IMG/VR virus record: IMGVR_UViG_3300033273_000374
Coordinates: 128,001 to 192,000 of that record
Length of the DNA stretch: 64,000 nucleotides
Reading direction: 5' to 3' (one strand)
DNA from: a virus
Lineage: Duplodnaviria > Heunggongvirae > Uroviricota > Caudoviricetes
The position numbers were made by a program, and so were the translations under genes. How positions within the stretch are numbered: position 1 is the first letter of the stretch; every line of letters begins with the position of its first letter. The notes below the pieces were generated by a model. It was not told the DNA's origin and ran no database searches. It saw nothing but the letters and a program-made list of their open reading frames with translations. This document shows, piece by piece, positions 47,571-57,735 of the stretch.

Positions 47571-47746
47571 TACATGCTGTTCTTTTTTTCTTGAATTTCT
47601 GCACGACGTGTTTTGGCAAGTTTGCCCATTTCGCCTAGTGCTTTTCTAGCACGAGCAGCCGCAGCTTTTACACCTTTGGTTTCAAATGCTTCTGATTCTT
47701 TGATGTATGCTTCATACTGTTCTACAATACTGTCATGTGTTGACAT
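47570..47746 (-). CDS. Histone H1-like (Hc1-type) nucleoid protein (not in ORF track)
   Basis: KGVKAAAARARKAL.E..KL.K.RR.EIQ.KKN; AAGGAG SD and TTGACA-N17-TATAAT. Confidence 0.8.
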   Translation of the reverse strand: MSTHDSIVEQYEAYIKESEAFETKGVKAAAARARKALGEMGKLAKTRRAEIQEKKNSM

Positions 47747-47786
47747 TTTAATTCTCCTTAATGTCTTTATTATACAGATTTATATA

Positions 47787-48572
47787 TTATCTGTCAAATC
47801 TTTCAATATCCAATTCTGATAATTGTTCGCTTGGCCCTTTCCAAATCTCAATTATGTGCGCAGGTTCATCTGTGTCGTTGCATCCTTGATGCCATGTGCC
47901 TGCTGGAATGTCCACAGGATTCTCAATACTTAGTGTTTGGTGTTGCGCACCATTATAAGGATCACTAGTGGTGTTGGTTAAAATATATGCATTGCCACTC
48001 ACAAGATTCCAAGTTTCGCTTCTGTGCTTGTGTCTTTGCATGCTGAGTTTGCTATGTGGTGCAATTACAAGTTCTTTAACTTTAAATCCTTCGCCTTTGT
48101 ATAGATCGCGATAGTGTCCCCAACTGCGTTGTGTAGTTGGTGCACGCCATTCTTTTAATATCCAACTGCTTGAATTCTTTTTGTCTTTGCCGCCTACACC
48201 AAAAACAAATTCAACTCTGCTGTCATTTTGATATGCACTTTGTTCAGGTGTGTTATCACTACCTCTGTCACCACCATTTGCAAATATGATGTGTTTTGCA
48301 CCTAAAGTTTGTGCTTTGAATATTGCACCTGATGCACTTCCGTCACTGTCATCAAAGTCTGCAACCACACGATTGACCATACGCAAATTTTTTACAATAC
48401 TTGCTCTTTCATGGATGGGCATAAAACTGCGTCCTTTTTTACGAGCAAGCCATGCATCGCTATTGAGTGCTACCCAAAGTTCATCTCCCAATTGTGCGGC
48501 TGCTTCAAAGTAGGCAATATGGCCACTGTGCAATGGATCAAAGCCACCACTGACCAAAACTATTTTTTTCAT
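47787..48572 (-). CDS. Cytidylyltransferase + cupin (PMI type II-like) fusion
   Basis: SGGFDPLHSGH, NSD.WL..KKG, FANGGDR, NSSS; R.WG.Y, LS.Q.H..RSE.W. Confidence 0.85.
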   Translation of the reverse strand: MKKIVLVSGGFDPLHSGHIAYFEAAAQLGDELWVALNSDAWLARKKGRSFMPIHERASIVKNLRMVNRVVADFDDSDGSASGAIFKAQTLGAKHIIFANGGDRGSDNTPEQSAYQNDSRVEFVFGVGGKDKKNSSSWILKEWRAPTTQRSWGHYRDLYKGEGFKVKELVIAPHSKLSMQRHKHRSETWNLVSGNAYILTNTTSDPYNGAQHQTLSIENPVDIPAGTWHQGCNDTDEPAHIIEIWKGPSEQLSELDIERFDR

Positions 48573-48624
48573 GAATTACCTCAGATAAATATATGCGCAC
48601 ATTATTTATACCAAGGATTTATCA

Positions 48625-49314
48625 ATGAACAATATTTACGTTGGCTGGGACAGCCGAGAAGATATTGCCTATCAAGTATGTGAACATTCAATTTACAGAC
48701 GCACATACAAAGAGTTTTTAAATGTTATTCCTCTCAAACAAAGTGAACTACGTGAACAAAAACTCTACTGGCGTGAAATAGACAAACTTGCATCAACAGA
48801 ATTTACATTCACACGCTTTCTTGTTCCATATCTAAACAACTACAAAGGACTAGCAGTTTTTTGTGACAGTGACATGGTGTTCCTAACAGATGCCTATCAC
48901 TTGTTTGAAAATGGATTCAAAGATAGTAGCAAAGCAGTTTGGGTAGTGAAACACGACTACAATCCGCCCGAAGGACTCAAAATGGATGGACAGATGCAAT
49001 TGCAATATCCACGCAAAAACTGGAGCAGTTTTATGATTTTCAATTGCGAACATCCTAGTTGTAAAAACTTGGATTTAGAAACTGTTAATACAGAGACTGG
49101 TGCATACTTGCACAGATTTGAATGGTGTGCAGACGAAGAAATTGGTGAACTAGGTTGCGAATGGAATTGGCTAGTAGGACACTATAAAGAACCCAAAGAC
49201 GGTATTCCTAAGGTGCTGCATTACACAGAAGGCGGGCCATGGTTTGAAAACATGCGTGATTGTGAATACGATCATGTGTGGAAAAAAGAAGTCATTAACC
49301 TGTACAGCTCATGA
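48625..49314 (+). CDS. GT-A glycosyltransferase (GT8/CDI-like)
   Basis: G.D.RE, STEFT.TRF, DSD, YPRKNWSS, WN.L, HYT.GGPW. Confidence 0.82.
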   Translation: MNNIYVGWDSREDIAYQVCEHSIYRRTYKEFLNVIPLKQSELREQKLYWREIDKLASTEFTFTRFLVPYLNNYKGLAVFCDSDMVFLTDAYHLFENGFKDSSKAVWVVKHDYNPPEGLKMDGQMQLQYPRKNWSSFMIFNCEHPSCKNLDLETVNTETGAYLHRFEWCADEEIGELGCEWNWLVGHYKEPKDGIPKVLHYTEGGPWFENMRDCEYDHVWKKEVINLYSS

Positions 49315-50048
49315 GTAATTATTACTTTCATCACAAATACAATCTTGGGTACATCATTATAGCAAAAAATTCTAGCACCAGTATAACTCCGTATCTAGAA
49401 CAGGCTGGATTTGAAATTATACTGCCTGAAGATATTCCTACTAATATAGAAGACTTACCATTTTTTTATATCTTACGCAATCCAATTGACCGGTTTTGTA
49501 GTGGCATAGTTGAAACATATTGCAACAGTGCTGATGCATATGGTACAAGCATGACTGAACAAGCACTGTTTGCGATGAGTAATAGTAGTCAACAAGAGTT
49601 TTGTTTTAATTTATTGATGAGATTGGTTCCATACAATAGCCAAAATCGACTGGCTGAGAATAACAAACCTGTAAATGAAGGACTAGGGTATGAGTACGAT
49701 GTCCACACTGAGTTGCAAACTAAAAGTTTAAGACATACACAAAATGATAAAATAGCAAGAGTAGTTCCTATTAGTATAAAGTTGACCAGTGAAATCCCGC
49801 AAATATTTTTTGAACAAACAAAACATACCTCAAAGCAAAGTTTATTAACTACGCCTGTAAAACATTCTAATCAAAGTCTAGATGGCAAGAAACGTATGAA
49901 CGATAATATGAAAGCAATACTAGTTGCCAACAGAGAAAACGAATGTATGAAAAACATATGGCATTATTTAAAACCAGATATTGATCATTGGAATGAATGT
50001 ATTAAATTGCGGTATATGCAGCAGCACCATATGAGTGAGGCAATATGA
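49311..50048 (+). CDS. Sulfotransferase-family-like protein
   Basis: IAKNSSTS (5'-PSB-like), RNP.DRF.S (3'-PB-like), H...Q. Confidence 0.6.
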   Translation: MSNYYFHHKYNLGYIIIAKNSSTSITPYLEQAGFEIILPEDIPTNIEDLPFFYILRNPIDRFCSGIVETYCNSADAYGTSMTEQALFAMSNSSQQEFCFNLLMRLVPYNSQNRLAENNKPVNEGLGYEYDVHTELQTKSLRHTQNDKIARVVPISIKLTSEIPQIFFEQTKHTSKQSLLTTPVKHSNQSLDGKKRMNDNMKAILVANRENECMKNIWHYLKPDIDHWNECIKLRYMQQHHMSEAI

Positions 50049-51082
50049 TACGCGAGTATATGAAAAATAGCATAGTTCGTATGCAAAATTGTCAGATACT
50101 TGATCTTGGCCGTGTGGGTCAAGAAGTTTTTGTCATAGGTGGCGAAAAGATTATACCAGGTAGTTTGAGCAAAAATGCAAAATCAATTATTGACAGTCTG
50201 CCTGCAGCAGACAAATTATTATGCGATTGCAAAGGCATACGACTGGGTCCTGTGTATTACTGGTACACTGTGCCATTGTTCAATTACTATCATCTAATAT
50301 TAGACGGGCTAGGACAACTAAGCCATTACTTTGACCTTAAAAGAGAAATACCTGATTTAAAGTTAGTGCTTAATCAAAGCCCTAAAAAACTTGCTACTCA
50401 TCCTCCATTTGTCACAGAGTTGCTGGACCTATTTGAAATAGACTACGAATTTACAGATGAAAAAATCATGTACGACACAGTGTTCTTCGGGGATACACTC
50501 AATCAGGATGATCGAGGCAAAAGAGTTACTCCAGCAGACAGACAATATGAACTACTACACGAATTAATTGATAGAGCAAAAAATACTGCAACTGCACCAC
50601 AACATGAACGTGTATATCTCAGCAGACGTGCCCACGCTAATCTCATGAACAATCGCAAAGACATAATAGGCGAGGACAATACAGTAAAACGTGGACTAGT
50701 AAATGAGGATGAAGTTGTAGAAATACTCACAGAGTTAGGCTATGCAGAGGTGTTTGGTGAAAACTATACACTTGCAGAAAAGATTGTGCTTTTCTCTGGA
50801 ATGAAAAAATACATCAGTGCAGCAGGTGCAGGTGTAACCAACATACTGTGGACCATGCCTAACAGTGTGAGTGTAGGAGGTATTCACACTCCGGGATTTC
50901 CTTTTCCTAGCAATGATCACAGTCGTCACATATGTTGTAATAAAAAATATGTAAATGCCAATATCAACTGTTACAAAGGTAAAGTTGAGTTTGTTGATCC
51001 TGCAGCAGGTGCAAAAAACTACAACAATCCGTGGTATATTAACAACCTTGTAGCCTTTAGAAAATGGGCAGAAACAATATAA
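50045..51082 (+). CDS. GT61 (DUF563)-like glycosyltransferase
   Basis: NYYH..D, VYLSR, R.L.NE.E, GAG.TN. Confidence 0.75.
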   Translation: MIREYMKNSIVRMQNCQILDLGRVGQEVFVIGGEKIIPGSLSKNAKSIIDSLPAADKLLCDCKGIRLGPVYYWYTVPLFNYYHLILDGLGQLSHYFDLKREIPDLKLVLNQSPKKLATHPPFVTELLDLFEIDYEFTDEKIMYDTVFFGDTLNQDDRGKRVTPADRQYELLHELIDRAKNTATAPQHERVYLSRRAHANLMNNRKDIIGEDNTVKRGLVNEDEVVEILTELGYAEVFGENYTLAEKIVLFSGMKKYISAAGAGVTNILWTMPNSVSVGGIHTPGFPFPSNDHSRHICCNKKYVNANINCYKGKVEFVDPAAGAKNYNNPWYINNLVAFRKWAETI

Positions 51083-51089
51083 ATACTAC

Positions 51090-51242
51090 ATGCGACTGAA
51101 AGAATTTGAACTAAAACACAGGTTCAGTAAAACCAAAAGCAGACGCGGCAAGAAGTTACGCATCAAAGATGATGTAACTAAGCACAACACAAATAGTAAG
51201 GCCGATGCTCAGTCTGGCCAGGCATCTTCTCAACCTTCCTGA
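51090..51242 (+). CDS. 50-aa basic late micro-protein (not in ORF track)
   Basis: TATAAATA 4 nt before ATG; MRLKEFE N-terminus like the head-protein cluster. Confidence 0.5.
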   Translation: MRLKEFELKHRFSKTKSRRGKKLRIKDDVTKHNTNSKADAQSGQASSQPS

Positions 51243-51855
51243 ACAACTCACATGCACTTTCGTAAAATAAGGCTTCAGTGTAGCCGGTATCCATGGTCCA
51301 TTTATGTCCTTTTTTGTCTCGTTCTGTGGGTACTTCAAACAATATGGTTTTGGCTTTGGATTGGAAATCTTTGAGTAATCGAGACATATTCATATACTTT
51401 TCTGTGCGATTGTACAAATGATGTATCACATTAAACACAGTCATAAAGTCATAGCGACTATCTTCTTTGACCCAATTTTCTAAATTTGTGTGTTTGAATG
51501 TTGCTAATTCAACACCGTGTCTTGCTTTGATACTTTCGCATACACCCAGGTATTCTTGGTTATAGTCAACACCTACAGCAGGTATGCCAAGTTCTTGTGC
51601 AACTTTAAAAACATAATAACCTAGATTGCTACCAAAGTCTGCATAACTTGCAGGCTCTACCTCATTGAACACACGTTCAAAATCAGCACTTTTTATTTTG
51701 GTGTCTACCCATGGACGCAACGGCCCTGGATTGTTTATAGGTGTAACAAGTTCGTCTGTGATGTCATAGTTTTGATAACCACGCACTTGTGTTACACCAC
51801 TGTCATGTCCGCCAAAGTTAATGCTTTCTATGTCTGCACGTTCTAACACTTTCAT
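51178..51855 (-). CDS. Class I SAM-dependent methyltransferase
   Basis: YQ, DFGSNLGY, GVD, V.HHL. Confidence 0.8.
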   Translation of the reverse strand: MKVLERADIESINFGGHDSGVTQVRGYQNYDITDELVTPINNPGPLRPWVDTKIKSADFERVFNEVEPASYADFGSNLGYYVFKVAQELGIPAVGVDYNQEYLGVCESIKARHGVELATFKHTNLENWVKEDSRYDFMTVFNVIHHLYNRTEKYMNMSRLLKDFQSKAKTILFEVPTERDKKGHKWTMDTGYTEALFYESACELFRKVEKMPGQTEHRPYYLCCA

Positions 51856-52928
51856 GCTATATAGTCCCTAAGTTTTTTCCATGTCATGTAATCTGTCCAG
51901 TCACTCTTGCCAAAATCTTCGTAAATCTTTTTTGTAAGATCCCATTGTAGTATATGTGGCAACATGTATTCTTTGATGTCATTGAGCACACTAGGTCCTA
52001 ATTGTATGTTACTGCTCCAAAGATCTGCATTTGTGTCATGTCGTTTGTTTGTTTTACAATACCAATATTCACAATGAAACAAAAACTGCAATTGCAAAAA
52101 GTCACTGTTGGCATGTATGAGATTCTTCTTTGCATTTATAAGCTCAGATGATACTTCAGGTACATCCCAATTCATTTCTGCTGGCCATCGATATTGCTCC
52201 ACATGCACTATTCCTGCACCACCGTAGTCTACCCATTTGAGTTGACCTCTTGTGTTTTGCATGTAGTTTTTACCATTGCTATACCCTAGATCCCAAAAAC
52301 AACATCCTAAGTTTTTCAATAGCCAATAATTTAAATCAGCAATCTCTCTTAAATTCCTACGCCAGATGCTTATGTCATTGCTGGCATCTGTGTATAGTTC
52401 GTTGTTGTCATTGAGCAATCTATAGTGCATGTCGCCTTTGACTATCATTTGATCCAACAAGCCATGCGGTTTTTGTTTGCGTTGTGTTATCTTTTGTAGA
52501 TTGTTAAAATACAAAACACTGTTAAAGTTATATACTTGTGCATACGGACTCAGAGCTTTTACAATATAATGATATGGAACTCCTTTGCGTCTTTCATTTT
52601 CAAGGTATTTGGTGCACACATAGGTGTTCCCATCTTTTCCTGCTCCAATACGTTGTTCTACTCGGTAGCCGTGCAGTGCAACAATTTGATCTCCATTTTC
52701 GCCTCTTTCTCGAGCAACTTTGTAAGGTTGCATGGTATCAATCATTTGTGCCACTAGTCTTGGTTTGTCAAGGTTGGCTTGAATCTGATTTATTAAAAGT
52801 TCGTTAGCATGTGCATTTTTTAAAACTTTGTTTATGCCCGGTACATTTTCTATACGGTCATAAGGTTTCACATCGTTGTCGTAGGCACTGTCACCAACTA
52901 TCAATTTTTTTGTTTTAAATGCCACCAA
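51852..52928 (-). CDS. Protein-kinase-fold (sugar/small-molecule) kinase-like
   Basis: IGAGKDG Gly loop, VK, WDLG...N, VDYG. Confidence 0.55.
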   Translation of the reverse strand: MVAFKTKKLIVGDSAYDNDVKPYDRIENVPGINKVLKNAHANELLINQIQANLDKPRLVAQMIDTMQPYKVARERGENGDQIVALHGYRVEQRIGAGKDGNTYVCTKYLENERRKGVPYHYIVKALSPYAQVYNFNSVLYFNNLQKITQRKQKPHGLLDQMIVKGDMHYRLLNDNNELYTDASNDISIWRRNLREIADLNYWLLKNLGCCFWDLGYSNGKNYMQNTRGQLKWVDYGGAGIVHVEQYRWPAEMNWDVPEVSSELINAKKNLIHANSDFLQLQFLFHCEYWYCKTNKRHDTNADLWSSNIQLGPSVLNDIKEYMLPHILQWDLTKKIYEDFGKSDWTDYMTWKKLRDYIA

Positions 52929-53814
52929 GTTGTCTCCTTAGTATTGTGTTCCATGCTACGCCATTATGCCTCTCTTTTTCATTGAATTGACAATAACTCA
53001 ACCAAAAGAATAAATTTTTCCTGTTGGGTTCCACATCCAATATGTGTGATTTTTGTATTTGTTTAAAGTTGAATGATATAGGAGCACATGGATTGTGATT
53101 TGTAGTGACCACTGGTATGCCTTGTCGTGTGGCTTCTATGGTAACCATGCTGTTGTATGCAACAACAGCACATGCAGCATCTAGGTCTTCTTGCAGTGGG
53201 CAATCTTCTGGATGCATGTCTCTGCCTATTAGATTACCCAATTTGTCTACAATTGGATCCAATGGCTTTTGTCGCACTTTGATAAGATGATGTTTGTCTT
53301 CAGGAAGCACACTGTGCAATGCTGACAGTGTTTTTTGTAACCAATCCTGTGCACCAAAATACCAACTGATTGCATTTGTTGGAGGCAGTACCAAGATACG
53401 ATCTCCACGCTGTGCTGCAGTCTTCCATTCAAGCACAGGGTTGTTGCCTTTGAAATGACTTTTCCAACGCAGATTGTCAGCAGGCATAATTTTATTCATG
53501 GTATGACCATTAACAGTCATACGCAACCAGCCTTTGCCATTGTAGCCACTGTTAAAATATGAATGGTCCATGTATAGTCGTTGTATACCTTGACTTGCAG
53601 CACTTTTCATTATCAATCCTGTGCCACGTAGTATACCCAAACTACACACCATGTCTATTCCACTAGGTATTCCGTTCTGCCTAAAATCTCGCAGATTCCT
53701 ACATTCTGCACTGTAACCTGTACCTGATTCGTTTATACTTTGGGCAAAGCGTCTTACTATGTCAGTGGTTAATTTTCTGTCTGTGTCGTAACATATAACA
53801 CGTTTAACTGCCAT
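52915..53814 (-). CDS. KpsS/KpsC-like GT-B glycosyltransferase, paralog 1
   Basis: GILRG, D.SYF, R.K, NS...EA..G.PV, L.Y.QF..E. Confidence 0.6.
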   Translation of the reverse strand: MAVKRVICYDTDRKLTTDIVRRFAQSINESGTGYSAECRNLRDFRQNGIPSGIDMVCSLGILRGTGLIMKSAASQGIQRLYMDHSYFNSGYNGKGWLRMTVNGHTMNKIMPADNLRWKSHFKGNNPVLEWKTAAQRGDRILVLPPTNAISWYFGAQDWLQKTLSALHSVLPEDKHHLIKVRQKPLDPIVDKLGNLIGRDMHPEDCPLQEDLDAACAVVAYNSMVTIEATRQGIPVVTTNHNPCAPISFNFKQIQKSHILDVEPNRKNLFFWLSYCQFNEKERHNGVAWNTILRRQLGGI

Positions 53815-54565
53815 TGCGTTGCACCATTGCCTCTATTGTGTCATTGCCGCCTAGCACAGGTTCAAGTTCTGCACTGCTTTTTGTAGCAAACCAGTTGAGT
53901 ACACCATGCTGTGGTCCAAATACGTCTACAGTGTTGTGTTTGTGATTTCTTGGATTGTATGTTGCAACTGGAAACCAATAAACATTATACTGGTGTTTTG
54001 TCAAAAAGTCAAACACTGTTTGATAGTTTTTTTCGTCTTGCATTTCTATCAACATACTAGGTTGATAATAGGTGATAGTTCCGCTGGCTCCTTGTAAAAC
54101 TTCTGGTTCCATGCCTTCAACATCTATTTTTAAAAAGTCTACGCTAGGAAAACCTTTGATATAGTCTAGTGGAACTACAACCACATCGTTGCCAGATGAC
54201 ATTCTAGTTTTACCATAGTCAAACTGTGTACCTCCATGATAAGTATCACTGCCCAGTGCCATGCGATTAAGTGATACATTTTTACAACCAGTTTCTGCAC
54301 AGTTTTTGACAAGCAAATCAAAATTGTGTTCATCAGGTTCAAATGCTATTACACTTTGTACATGTTTGCTGACAGGTATAGCATGTGTGCCTATGTTCGC
54401 ACCAATATCAATCACAAAACTGTTCTTGTCTGTGTATTCTATTATAAGATCAATTTCTGATTGGCAATATTCACCATAGTGTTTTAAACTGCGTCCTATT
54501 GTAGGATCGTCACTGTGTATGTACATGTTGCCATTAATTGTGTTTACACGTTCTACTGCAAGCAT
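53804..54565 (-). CDS. FkbM-family methyltransferase
   Basis: DIGANIG.H, AFEP, KIDVEG.E..VL.G. Confidence 0.9.
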   Translation of the reverse strand: MLAVERVNTINGNMYIHSDDPTIGRSLKHYGEYCQSEIDLIIEYTDKNSFVIDIGANIGTHAIPVSKHVQSVIAFEPDEHNFDLLVKNCAETGCKNVSLNRMALGSDTYHGGTQFDYGKTRMSSGNDVVVVPLDYIKGFPSVDFLKIDVEGMEPEVLQGASGTITYYQPSMLIEMQDEKNYQTVFDFLTKHQYNVYWFPVATYNPRNHKHNTVDVFGPQHGVLNWFATKSSAELEPVLGGNDTIEAMVQRNGS

Positions 54566-55347
54566 TCTCGAGCCAATCCTGATTCTATTTCTTCATGTGT
54601 AAATTGACTATAAGCCAAATTAGACAACCATTGATGTGTGTGGCCACGTACCAAGTTTTCAATATCTGCACATTGTGTAATACTTATGTCTGCTGCAAAA
54701 CTCTGTGGATGACACATGGTAGGTATGCCCAAAAGTTGTGCTTCAACAGCGACTAGACTACACAGTGTAACAACACAGTGTGTGTTTTGTGCTTGATGTG
54801 CAAATGGCACATCAGCAACTGTTGGTCCGCTCGTTCCTCTGGCTCTTGGTTTATAACGTACTTCAATTGGTCTGTCTGTGTGTTGCTGTAATTGTTTTAT
54901 AGTTTGTTTTACCCAAGTCTTGACATCCATATCTGTGTACCAGCGTGTCATTGTTTCACTGCTGGGGCAAACTAATATTTTATCACCTGTACCATATGGT
55001 TTGGGTGTTACCTTCCAACGTTCAAATCTATCACTGGGCCAGTCTTGTATACGTTTGTAATGCAAACTGTTACGACTAACACGCCACATAAAATCTTCAC
55101 AAAGTCCATATCTGTTGTGATATGGCATGTCCCAAAAATACCAATCAACATTATTTTTTGTTAGATAACGTATGGTCTGTTCGTTGTATAACATTCCCCA
55201 AAAATGACTAGGCTCTAATGCAGGATTGTTTCTATCTCCTGGTGTACAATTGGGCCAGCCGCGTTTGATGCTGTCCATTACCCAGTTACTCTTGCTGCCT
55301 TGTTTAGGACTGTAGTAAATATTAATAGCTGGCACTTGTATGATCAC
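54553..55347 (-). CDS. KpsS/KpsC-like GT-B glycosyltransferase, paralog 2
   Basis: TDRPI..R.KP, S..AVEA...GIP, LAYSQF...EI.SG. Confidence 0.6.
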   Translation of the reverse strand: MIIQVPAINIYYSPKQGSKSNWVMDSIKRGWPNCTPGDRNNPALEPSHFWGMLYNEQTIRYLTKNNVDWYFWDMPYHNRYGLCEDFMWRVSRNSLHYKRIQDWPSDRFERWKVTPKPYGTGDKILVCPSSETMTRWYTDMDVKTWVKQTIKQLQQHTDRPIEVRYKPRARGTSGPTVADVPFAHQAQNTHCVVTLCSLVAVEAQLLGIPTMCHPQSFAADISITQCADIENLVRGHTHQWLSNLAYSQFTHEEIESGLARECLQ

Positions 55348-56137
55348 GTTGTCGAGTGTCTACATTATCTGCACTGTATTCACTGCGTAAATCTTCTACT
55401 ACATCATTTACATAACGTCCTTGGAACGGAATCTGAAACGGTGCATCTTTGGTTTTGGTGTAGGCTGTTACAATACTAACATTGTGCGCTTTGCCATCTC
55501 TGTTGTGTAATTGATCATATGCACGTTCTAATTCACTGAGTGGTGCACGTGGTTTCTTCTGTTCGTAGTAAGCCCAACTGTCCAGTGTAACAGGACAATC
55601 AATGTACTTGCCTGTGTTTTGTGCAAGCCACATAAACTTCCATTGATATCCATTTGCTGCAACAATATCACGGAACAAGTCTGGATGAAAACTGTAAAAG
55701 CAATGATTAAACCACGGAGCAAACGGAAGCACATTAATCATTGTGCCGCCAACTTTGCAAAGGTTATGCATGTTTTCAAACACTGTGCGTTGATCAAAAA
55801 TGTGTTCGCCAGTGCCGTTGTTTGTAACGTAATCAAATTGTGTTGTGTAGTTATACTTGTCTTTTAGAATAAAGTTGAGATCCATAGCAACAGCACGAAG
55901 TTCTGTGTTGATGTCAATGGCTAGATAATCACCAAAGCCAAGATCCTCAAAGTATTCCCAAACGTATTGTGTAGGTTTGCGGTGTTGTTTACCACTGACA
56001 CTTGCACAGTGATCTAGCCAAACTTCGCTGTATCTAAAACGCTGATTACCCCATTCTACCACTGTTGCCCCAGGAGTAAAATTACCTTGTCTTGATAGTG
56101 TAGCAGTTGCTAACTGCATTATGTTATTGAAAGCCAT
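55322..56137 (-). CDS. Methyltransferase-like protein
   Basis: E.G.Q, ID, DLN, N.GT.EH.F.Q, GG, H.FY.F.P. Confidence 0.7.
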   Translation of the reverse strand: MAFNNIMQLATATLSRQGNFTPGATVVEWGNQRFRYSEVWLDHCASVSGKQHRKPTQYVWEYFEDLGFGDYLAIDINTELRAVAMDLNFILKDKYNYTTQFDYVTNNGTGEHIFDQRTVFENMHNLCKVGGTMINVLPFAPWFNHCFYSFHPDLFRDIVAANGYQWKFMWLAQNTGKYIDCPVTLDSWAYYEQKKPRAPLSELERAYDQLHNRDGKAHNVSIVTAYTKTKDAPFQIPFQGRYVNDVVEDLRSEYSADNVDTRQRDHTSASY

Positions 56138-57378
56138 TAGTCTACCTTTTTGAAATGATAATACTCACGTTTGCCACTTGGTCTTGCTTGACCATGATCA
56201 ATGATTTCAAACTTACCTGGTCTTGTAAATGCACGAACCATTGCCTCGGTGTGTTGTTGATTGTTAGGACGATTCTCAAGTTTCTGTGTTTCATGTACTA
56301 CCACTCCACCAGGCACAAGAAGTTCATGGTAAGCATCTACAATTTGTTCTTCGGTTAGCCCACCAAAGTCACGTAGTTGGATGCTTACTGCAAGACTCAG
56401 TACAATATCATAGTAGTCAGTTGCTTTAAACTTCATATAGTCATTGAATGTGCCTGCGTACCATTTTACATTGGCTGGCTTTTTATCATCACGTAATTTT
56501 ACAAAAGGTTCAACACCTGTTGCTTTTGCAACATGTGGTGCCATAAGTTTTGTGATGAAACCATCATTGCATCCAATATCAATCAGTTGTGCACCGCCAT
56601 CCCATTGTTGTGCTAGTTCAACAAGTTTCATACGTTGTACTCTATCTTCAGCATCTTCAATGCCATAACGCTTTTGATACTTGTTCCATTCTTTAACTAC
56701 TTTTTCTGGTGGTTGTGTAAACATTGTCATATTATCCCATATTTCTCGAGGGTTACCTTTGCGTAACTCTTTGAACTTAGACTTGTCAGTAAGTTTAGCC
56801 ATGAGCTCACTTTCCCAACTTTGTCTAGGATCATCTAGACAAATGTGTAGTGCTTGTCTAAAGTCATCCTTGTTATAAAAACTGTATAGGTATTCTAACC
56901 TATCACTTAATCTTTCGTGTGCTAAACTGTTTATTGGACACGACATCTCAAAGTCTATCAAACTTATTTCGCCATCCTGTATACAAAAGTTACTTAGCGG
57001 AAACTTTGCGAAGTCTTTTGATTTGCTGTTTGGATCCATACCCGGATAAAAATACATTATGTTAGCAAGTTCTAGTTCATCTGCTATTCTATCAATTTGA
57101 TCATGATACTTGGTTAATGTGTGTTCATGCCAGGTGTGGAATAGACTTTCACCAACCTCAGTCATTGCTAGACTAAGATCAGACTCATCTGCACCTATCA
57201 TGTTAGGAAAATGTAGTTTCCCTTGTAATCTTTGCAAACAAGTTGTTTCTCGTAACCAACAATCGTATATGCTACCACGAGCAGGTTTTACACTTTTTTT
57301 ATTTCTAGTGCTGTAACTTTTTACAACATGCTCGCCTGTCATAAAACACCAACTGGCTTTGCCCATAGTATACTGCAT
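56137..57378 (-). CDS. Kinase-like + class I methyltransferase fusion
   Basis: N: VVK..E..L..L...HFP, N...ISLIDFE; C: DIGCNDG, GVE, L.PGG. Confidence 0.65.
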   Translation of the reverse strand: MQYTMGKASWCFMTGEHVVKSYSTRNKKSVKPARGSIYDCWLRETTCLQRLQGKLHFPNMIGADESDLSLAMTEVGESLFHTWHEHTLTKYHDQIDRIADELELANIMYFYPGMDPNSKSKDFAKFPLSNFCIQDGEISLIDFEMSCPINSLAHERLSDRLEYLYSFYNKDDFRQALHICLDDPRQSWESELMAKLTDKSKFKELRKGNPREIWDNMTMFTQPPEKVVKEWNKYQKRYGIEDAEDRVQRMKLVELAQQWDGGAQLIDIGCNDGFITKLMAPHVAKATGVEPFVKLRDDKKPANVKWYAGTFNDYMKFKATDYYDIVLSLAVSIQLRDFGGLTEEQIVDAYHELLVPGGVVVHETQKLENRPNNQQHTEAMVRAFTRPGKFEIIDHGQARPSGKREYYHFKKVD

Positions 57379-57725
57379 TAGTTTTCACACTTTGTTATAT
57401 TCTTCTTAAATATTTTATCAAATAATATTGCAAGAACCATAGCACCTATGCCTGTCACCAAATGTTCTCCTATAAAATGTTCTGCATGTATTAGTGCGTC
57501 AGCGATTGCTGTAAATGCACCAGTTAGGAAGATGCCTAACCATTGGTTTTTCCATGGAAGAAAACTTGCAGCAAACATAGCAACACCAGTTAATATTCCT
57601 GTCTTGCTTGCTGTAAGGGCGTGACCCCAGTTGAGGACAGACAAGTCACCTTGAACCATACACACCATACACGCTGTCCATGCTTCTCCAAATTTTTCTA
57701 CTAATACTTTGAGTCTTTGTTTCAT
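57378..57725 (-). CDS. Membrane protein
   Basis: AW.AC...MVQG, hydrophobic helices. Confidence 0.7.
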   Translation of the reverse strand: MKQRLKVLVEKFGEAWTACMVCMVQGDLSVLNWGHALTASKTGILTGVAMFAASFLPWKNQWLGIFLTGAFTAIADALIHAEHFIGEHLVTGIGAMVLAILFDKIFKKNITKCEN

Positions 57726-57735
57726 TTGTTTTATA

